DNA of 64,000 nt from an uncultured delta proteobacterium (lineage in GTDB: Bacteria; Myxococcota; Myxococcia; Myxococcales; Myxococcaceae): NCBI GenBank assembly GCA_963796055.1, contig CAWCKH010000005.1, positions 64,001 through 128,000 of the forward strand, given 5' to 3'. Made by a program: the position numbers and the translations under genes. The first letter of the stretch is position 1; every line of letters starts with the position of its first letter. The notes under the pieces were generated by a model. It was not told the origin of the DNA. It did no database searches and saw only the letters and a program-made list of their open reading frames with translations. Positions 57,797 through 64,000 of this stretch are shown here, one piece after another.

Positions 57797-60700
57797 GCAT
57801 CAGCGAGCCGTTCATCCGTCGGCCGGTGGGGACCACGCTTCTCACCGTGGGCCTGACCCTGGCCGGGCTGGTCGCCTTCCGGCAGCTGCCCATCTCCGCG
57901 CTGCCGCAGGTCGACTACCCCACCATCGTGGTCTCCACCACCTTCCCCGGCGCCTCGGCGGAGACGATGGCCTCCAGCGTCACCGCACCGCTGGAGCGTC
58001 AGTTCGGGCAGATCCCCTCGCTGGCGCAGATGACCAGCGTGAGCAGCGCGACCAGCTCGCAGGTCACGCTCCAGTTCACGCTGGACCGGAACATCGACTC
58101 GGCCCAGCAGGACGTGCAGGCGGCGATCAACGCGGCCTCCAGCGTTCTCCCGGCCAACCTCCCCGCGCCGCCCACCTACAGCAAGAGCAACCCGGCGGAC
58201 GTCCCCATCCTCACCCTGGCGATCTCTTCCGAGACGCTCCCGCTGCCGAGGGTCAACGACTACGCGGACAGCATCCTGGCCCAGAAGATCAGCCAGGTCT
58301 CCGGGGTGGGTCTGGTGACACTGGGCGGTGCGCAGCGGCCGGCGGTCCGGGTGCAGGTCGATCCCGAGGCACTCGCCGGCACCGGGCTCACCCTGGAGGA
58401 CGTCCGCACGGCGCTGGTCGCGGCGAACATCAACGCCCCCAAGGGCACGCTGGACACCCCGCGCCAGGAGTACACCCTGGCCACCGACGACCAGCTCGGC
58501 GATGCGAAGTCCTTCGCCCCGATCGTCCTGGCCTACAAGAACGGCGCGCCACTGCGGCTCCAGGACGTGGCGGCCGCAGTCGACGGGGTGGAGAACGCGC
58601 AGCTCGCCGGCTGGGCCAACGAGCGGCGAGCGATTATCCTGAACGTTCAGCGTCAGCCGGGGGCCAACGTCATCCAGGTCGCGGACCGGGTGAAGGCGCT
58701 CCTGCCCCAGCTCGAGGCGAGCCTGCCGCAGGGCATCCACGTGTCGATCCTCAGCGACCGGACCGAGACCGTCCGGGCCAGCGTGGCGGACGTGGAGTTC
58801 ACCCTGGTGCTGACCATCTTCCTGGTGGTGGCGGTCATGTACCTCTTCCTGCGGAATCTGCGGGCCACCACCATCCCCGGCATCACGGTGCCCCTCAGCC
58901 TGATCGGCACCTTCGGGCTGATGTACCTGCTGGGGTACAGCCTGAACAACCTGTCGCTGATGGCGCTCACCATCTCCACCGGCTTCGTGGTCGACGACGC
59001 CATCGTGATGATCGAGAACATCAGCCGCTTGATCGAGGAGGGCGAGTCTCCCTTCCGGGCGGCGCTCAAGGGGGCCGGGCAGATCGGCTTCACCATCGTC
59101 TCGCTCACCGTGTCGCTGGTGGCGGTGCTGGTGCCGCTGCTCTTCATGACCGGGCTCATCGGCCGGCTCTTCCGCGAGTTCGCGGTGACGCTCTCGCTGG
59201 CGATCGGGGTCTCGGCGCTGCTCTCGCTGACGCTCACCCCGATGATGTGCGCCTGGATCCTCAAGCCCGAGCCGCCTCCGGAGCAGCGCGGGCGCTTCTA
59301 CGCCTGGAGCGAGCGAACCTTCGAGCGGGTCATCGCCTCCTACGGCCGCGGCGTGGACTGGGTGCTCCGGCACCAGCCGCTCACCCTGGCGATCACCGTC
59401 GGCACCTTCCTGCTCACCGTGGTGCTGGCGCTGATCATTCCCAAGGGCTTCTTCCCGGTGCAGGACACCGGGCTCCTCACCGGCATCACCGAGGCCGGTC
59501 CCGACGTGAGCTTCGGCCGGATGTCCGTGCTGCAACAGGAGGTAGTCAGGGTCGTCCGGGAAGATCCCGACGTGGCCGGAGTGGCCTCGTTCATCGGCGC
59601 CGACGGGAACAACCCGACCACCAGCAGCGGTCGTCTGTCGATCGCCCTGAAGCCGCGCGGGGACCGAAAGGCCAGCGCGACCCAGATCATCGCCCGGCTC
59701 CAGCCGAGGCTGGCGCAGGTGGCGGGCATCTCCACCTATCTCCAGGCGGTGCAGGACCTCCAGATCGAGACCCGCCAGAGCCGCACGCCCTACCAGTACA
59801 CGCTGGAGGACGCCGACCCAAGCGAGCTGGCCGAGTGGGCCCCCCGGCTCCTGGCCAGCCTCCGCGCGCTGCCCGAGCTGAAGAGCGTGGCCACCGACCA
59901 GCTGGGCCACGGGCCGGTGACCTTGCTCAACATCGACCGGGACACCGCCTCACGACTGGGCATCTCCACCCAGGCCATCGACGACACGCTGTATGACGCG
60001 TTCGGCCAGCGGCAGGTCTCGATCATCTTCACCCAGCTGAACCTCTACCGGGTGATCCTGGAGGTGAACCCCGAGCTGGCCAAGGGCCCGCGGGCGCTGG
60101 ACCGGATCTACGTGCGCAACGTCAACGGCAGCCCGGTTCCGCTCTCGGCGGTGGTGCAGCGGGTGGAGACCACCGCGCCGCTCACCGTGAACCATCAGGG
60201 CCAGTTCCCGTCGGTCACCCTCTCCTTCGACACCGCGCCCGGGCACTCCCTCGGGGCGGCGGTCAAGGCCATTCGCCAGGCCACGGATTCTCTGGGTCTG
60301 CCGCGCGGGATGAAGGCCAGCTTCCAGGGTACGGCACAGGAGTTCCGCGACAGCCTGGCGAACGAGCCGATCCTGGTCCTGGCCGCGCTGATCACCGTCT
60401 ACATCGTCCTGGGCGTCCTCTACGAGAGCTACATCCATCCCATCACCATCCTCTCCAGCTTGCCCTCGGCAGGGGTAGGCGCGCTGCTGGCGCTGATGCT
60501 GTGCGGGATGGAGTTCGACATCGTGGCCCTGATCGGGATCGTGCTCCTGATCGGCATCGTCAAGAAGAACGCGATCATGATGATCGACTTCGCGCTGCAG
60601 GCCGAGCGTGAGGAGAAGCTCTCCCCCCTCGAGTCGATCAAGAAGGCCTGCTTGCTGCGTTTCCGGCCGATCATGATGACCAGCTTCGCCGCGCTCCTCG

Positions 60701-60912
60701 GCGGACTCCCCCTGGCGCTCGAGGGCGGCACCGGGAGTGAGCTCCGGAGGCCGCTCGGGGTCAGCATCGTGGGCGGCCTGCTCATCAGCCAGGTGCTCAC
60801 CCTGTACACCACCCCCGTCATCTACCTGTACATGGAGCGCTTCGGCCGCTGGCTCGCTGCACGCCGCCACCCGGGCAAGGCGACGACCGCGCCCGAGGGA
60901 GCGCCGGGGTGA
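57793..60912 (+). CDS. mdtB: MdtB/MuxB-type RND permease
   Basis: SALPQVDYPTI, TAPLERQFGQ, GFVVDDAIV, YESYIHPITILS and KKNAIMMIDF. Confidence 0.9.
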   Translation: MSISEPFIRRPVGTTLLTVGLTLAGLVAFRQLPISALPQVDYPTIVVSTTFPGASAETMASSVTAPLERQFGQIPSLAQMTSVSSATSSQVTLQFTLDRNIDSAQQDVQAAINAASSVLPANLPAPPTYSKSNPADVPILTLAISSETLPLPRVNDYADSILAQKISQVSGVGLVTLGGAQRPAVRVQVDPEALAGTGLTLEDVRTALVAANINAPKGTLDTPRQEYTLATDDQLGDAKSFAPIVLAYKNGAPLRLQDVAAAVDGVENAQLAGWANERRAIILNVQRQPGANVIQVADRVKALLPQLEASLPQGIHVSILSDRTETVRASVADVEFTLVLTIFLVVAVMYLFLRNLRATTIPGITVPLSLIGTFGLMYLLGYSLNNLSLMALTISTGFVVDDAIVMIENISRLIEEGESPFRAALKGAGQIGFTIVSLTVSLVAVLVPLLFMTGLIGRLFREFAVTLSLAIGVSALLSLTLTPMMCAWILKPEPPPEQRGRFYAWSERTFERVIASYGRGVDWVLRHQPLTLAITVGTFLLTVVLALIIPKGFFPVQDTGLLTGITEAGPDVSFGRMSVLQQEVVRVVREDPDVAGVASFIGADGNNPTTSSGRLSIALKPRGDRKASATQIIARLQPRLAQVAGISTYLQAVQDLQIETRQSRTPYQYTLEDADPSELAEWAPRLLASLRALPELKSVATDQLGHGPVTLLNIDRDTASRLGISTQAIDDTLYDAFGQRQVSIIFTQLNLYRVILEVNPELAKGPRALDRIYVRNVNGSPVPLSAVVQRVETTAPLTVNHQGQFPSVTLSFDTAPGHSLGAAVKAIRQATDSLGLPRGMKASFQGTAQEFRDSLANEPILVLAALITVYIVLGVLYESYIHPITILSSLPSAGVGALLALMLCGMEFDIVALIGIVLLIGIVKKNAIMMIDFALQAEREEKLSPLESIKKACLLRFRPIMMTSFAALLGGLPLALEGGTGSELRRPLGVSIVGGLLISQVLTLYTTPVIYLYMERFGRWLAARRHPGKATTAPEGAPG

Positions 60913-63900
60913 GCGCAGGGGGACAGGAACCGCCCTCTGTCCCGGGCGGGGCGGCCGGCGTCTCCCCCCAGCACCAGGAGGACGCCCCTGGAGCCGCTCC
61001 GGGGCGCGGGGCGTCCGGGCTGAGCGAGCCCTTCATCCGGCGTCCCATCGGCACCTCGCTGCTCGCGGCGGCGATCATCCTCCTGGGGGTGGCGGCGTAC
61101 ACCCAGCTCCCGGTGGCGCCCCTGCCACGGGTCGACCTGCCCACCATCTCGGTCTACGCCAACCTGCCCGGGGCGAGCCCGGAGACGATGTCCTCGGCGG
61201 TCGCGACCCCGCTGGAGCGTCGCCTGGGGCGCATCGCCGGGCTCACCGACATGACGTCGACCAGCTCGCTGGGTTCGACGTCCATCACCCTCCAGTTCGA
61301 GCTGAACCGCGACCAGGACGCCGCGGGGCGCGACGTGCAGGCGGCGATCAACGCCGCGGCGGCCGACCTCCCGACCAACCTGCCCTTCCGCCCCAACTAC
61401 CGGAAGGTGAACCCGAGCGACACGCCGATCCTGATCCTGGCGCTGACCTCGGAGACCTTGCCGCTGCCCCAGGTCTTCGACGCGGCGGACACGGTGCTGG
61501 CGCAGCGCATCGCGCAGGAAGAGGGCGTGGGCCAGGTCTTCGTGGGCGGTGGGCAGCAGCCGGCGGTCCGGGTGCAAGTGGATCCCGAGTCGGCAGCCGG
61601 GGTGAACCTCACCCTGGCCGACGTGCGTCAGGTGCTCGCCGGCGCCTCGGTGAATCGCCCCACCGGGAGCGTGGGGGGCGAGCTGCAATCGACCACGCTC
61701 GCCACCAACGACCAGCTCTTCCGAGCCGACCAGTACCGGGACCTCCTGCTCGCCCAGACCCCGAACGGGGTGGTGCGGCTCGGGGACGTGGCCCGGGTGG
61801 AGGACAGCGTCCAGAACACGCGGGTGGCGGGGTGGACCAACGGCGTGCGCTCGGTGCTGATCATCGTCCGGCGGCAGCCCGGGGCGAACATCATCGACAC
61901 GGTGGAGCGGATCAAGGCGCTGCTCCCGTCGCTGGCCTCCTCGGTCTCGCCGGCGATCAACATCCAGGTCGCCTCCGACCGGACCCAGACCATCCGTGCC
62001 TCGGTGCACGACGTGGAGAGGGCCCTGCTGGTCAGCGTGGCGTTGGTGGTGGTGGTGGTGTTCCTCTTCCTCCGCTCGGCCCGGGCCACCGCCATCCCCA
62101 CCATCGCCATGCCGCTGTCGATCCTCGGCACGTTCGCGGTGATGTGGCTGCTCGGCTACAGCGTGAACAACCTCTCGCTGATGGCGCTCACCATCTCCAC
62201 CGGCTTCGTGGTGGACGACGCCATCGTGGTCACCGAGAACATCGCCCGGTACGTCGAGCAGGGGATGCGTCCATTCCAGGCCGCGCTCCGCGGAGCGCGG
62301 GAGATCGGCTTCACCATCGTCTCCATGACCGTGTCGCTGCTCGCGGTGTTCATCCCCATCCTCCTGATGGGGGGCATCGTCGGGCGGCTGTTCCGCGAGT
62401 TCGCGGTGACCCTGGCGGTGGCGATCACCGTCTCGGGCCTGGTCTCGCTCACCGTGACCCCGATGATGGCCTCGCGCTTCCTCCAGGCCCCCCACGAGCG
62501 CGAGCGGGGACGCTTCTATCGGTACAGCGAGCGGGCCTTCCAGAAACTCTCCTCCGGTTACGACCGGTCGCTGCGCGCCGTGCTGGCGCACGCCTGGCTG
62601 ATGCTCGGGGTGGTGCTGGGCGCCGTGGCAGTCACCGTCCTTCTCTTCGTGCGCATCCCGAAGGGGCTGTTCCCGCAGCAGGACAACGGGTTGCTCATCG
62701 GCTTCAGCGAGGCACCCCAGGACGTGAGCTACCAGACGATGCGCGAGCGGCAGATGCAGGTGAACACCATCGTCGGGGCGGACCCGGACGTGTCGAGCGT
62801 GGTGTCGTTCATCGGCGGGGGCTTCGCGGGTGGAGCGGGCAACACCGGGTCGCTATTCGTGACGCTCAAGCCGCGGCCGCCGCGCAAGGCCACCGCGGAT
62901 CAGATCATCGCCCGGCTGCGGCCGAAGCTGGGGAAGCTGGTGGGCATCAACCTCTACCTCCAGGCGGCTCAGGACGTGCGGGTGGGCGGGAGGCTGGCCC
63001 GGACCCAGTACCAGTACACCATCCAGGATCCGGACCTGACCGAGCTCAACACCTGGGCCCCTCGGGTCTTCGAGGCGCTGAAGGGGCTTCCGGAGCTCAC
63101 CGACGTGGCCACCGACCAGCAGTCGGCCGGGCTGGAGCTGCGGATCTCCATCGACCGCGACAGCGCCGCGCGGCTGGGGGTCACCGTCCGGGACATCGAC
63201 AACGCGCTCTACGATGCCTTCGGCCAGCGGCAGATCTCGGTCACCTACGGCCAGGCGAACCAGTACCGGGTGGTGATGGAGGTCACCCCGGCGTACCTCG
63301 AGGACGTGGACACGCTGAAGGTCCTCTACGTCCGTTCGAGCTCGGGCGGGCTCGTCCCGCTGTCGGCCCTCACCACCGTGACCCGCGGGAACCTGCCCAC
63401 CTCCATCAACCACCAGGGCCAGTTCCCCTCGGTGACGCTGTCATTCAATCTCGCCCCGGGGAAGTCGCTGAGCGACGCGGTGAAGGCCGTGCAGGGTGCA
63501 GAGGCCGAGATCCGGCTCCCGGCCAGCGTCCAGGGCGGCTTCACCGGGACCGCGCAGGCCTTCCAACAATCACTGTCCAGCCAGCCGATGCTGATCATCC
63601 TCGCGCTGCTGGCGGTCTACGTCGTCCTCGGCGTGCTCTACGAGAGCTACGTCCATCCAATCACCATCCTCTCCACCCTCCCCACCGCGGGGGTGGGCGC
63701 GCTCCTGGCCCTGAGGCTCACCGGGACCGACCTGAGCATCGTGGCGATCATCGGGATCATCCTCCTCATCGGCATCGTGAAGAAGAACGCGATCATGATG
63801 GTGGACTTCGCGATCGATGCCGAGCGGAGCGAGGGGCTGTCCACCCGCGCGGCCATCCTCAAGGCCTCCGAGCTGCGCTTCCGGCCCATCCTGATGACCA

Positions 63901-64000
63901 CCCTGGCCGCGATGTTCGGGGCGTTGCCGCTGGCGCTGGGCTCGGGCCTGGGCTCCGAGCTGCGCCGGCCACTGGGCATCAGCGTGGTGGGCGGGCTGCT
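60909..64000 (+). CDS. mdtC: MdtC/MuxC-type RND permease (runs off the window edge)
   Basis: Open frame from the GTGA overlap at 60909: SEPFIRRPIG, PVAPLPRVDLPTI, ATPLERRLG, GFVVDDAIV and KKNAIMMVDF. No stop before 64000. Confidence 0.88.
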   Translation, partial: MSAGGQEPPSVPGGAAGVSPQHQEDAPGAAPGRGASGLSEPFIRRPIGTSLLAAAIILLGVAAYTQLPVAPLPRVDLPTISVYANLPGASPETMSSAVATPLERRLGRIAGLTDMTSTSSLGSTSITLQFELNRDQDAAGRDVQAAINAAAADLPTNLPFRPNYRKVNPSDTPILILALTSETLPLPQVFDAADTVLAQRIAQEEGVGQVFVGGGQQPAVRVQVDPESAAGVNLTLADVRQVLAGASVNRPTGSVGGELQSTTLATNDQLFRADQYRDLLLAQTPNGVVRLGDVARVEDSVQNTRVAGWTNGVRSVLIIVRRQPGANIIDTVERIKALLPSLASSVSPAINIQVASDRTQTIRASVHDVERALLVSVALVVVVVFLFLRSARATAIPTIAMPLSILGTFAVMWLLGYSVNNLSLMALTISTGFVVDDAIVVTENIARYVEQGMRPFQAALRGAREIGFTIVSMTVSLLAVFIPILLMGGIVGRLFREFAVTLAVAITVSGLVSLTVTPMMASRFLQAPHERERGRFYRYSERAFQKLSSGYDRSLRAVLAHAWLMLGVVLGAVAVTVLLFVRIPKGLFPQQDNGLLIGFSEAPQDVSYQTMRERQMQVNTIVGADPDVSSVVSFIGGGFAGGAGNTGSLFVTLKPRPPRKATADQIIARLRPKLGKLVGINLYLQAAQDVRVGGRLARTQYQYTIQDPDLTELNTWAPRVFEALKGLPELTDVATDQQSAGLELRISIDRDSAARLGVTVRDIDNALYDAFGQRQISVTYGQANQYRVVMEVTPAYLEDVDTLKVLYVRSSSGGLVPLSALTTVTRGNLPTSINHQGQFPSVTLSFNLAPGKSLSDAVKAVQGAEAEIRLPASVQGGFTGTAQAFQQSLSSQPMLIILALLAVYVVLGVLYESYVHPITILSTLPTAGVGALLALRLTGTDLSIVAIIGIILLIGIVKKNAIMMVDFAIDAERSEGLSTRAAILKASELRFRPILMTTLAAMFGALPLALGSGLGSELRRPLGISVVGGL

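Noticed and set aside
60909..61020. Unusual N-terminal extension or CTG start of mdtC
   Set aside because: The frame is open from a GTGA overlap with mdtB, so a low-complexity 37-aa leader explains it without recoding.

Overview
GC-rich chromosomal segment of a myxobacterium (Myxococcota). This is inferred from two MYXO-CTERM-like C-terminal tails, DAG-repeat linkers and a sigma-54 two-component operon. Most of the window is housekeeping, regulatory and transport genes: nadK (partial), rarA, a hybrid kinase plus sigma-54 activator, a diguanylate cyclase, a KimA-like APC transporter, fadIJ, hemE, trmO, a PLP decarboxylase, a LuxR/AAA regulator, a peroxiredoxin, pyk, mgtA, and two divergent RND systems (OMF-mdtABC and a second MFP plus permease). 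Five things stand out. (1) A 990-aa secreted fusion of a PQQ soluble-sugar-dehydrogenase propeller, a five-CxxCH cytochrome c domain and a MYXO-CTERM-like anchor, with a triheme lipoprotein/monoheme gene pair nearby; this may be a cell-surface redox system. (2) A ~3.1-kb island at tRNA-Asp, bounded by an exact 43-bp att duplication. It has no integrase but carries an IS91/ISCR-like HUH transposase, two inward-facing excisionase fragments and an AT-richer secreted-protein gene. (3) An alternating-orientation repeat array with mutually exclusive stems upstream of an AraC gene. (4) A long nested hairpin between the diguanylate cyclase and the KimA-like transporter. (5) Several short internal deletions, one of which leaves two divergent genes sharing a CATG start. 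All calls come from reading motifs by eye; no database searches were run.
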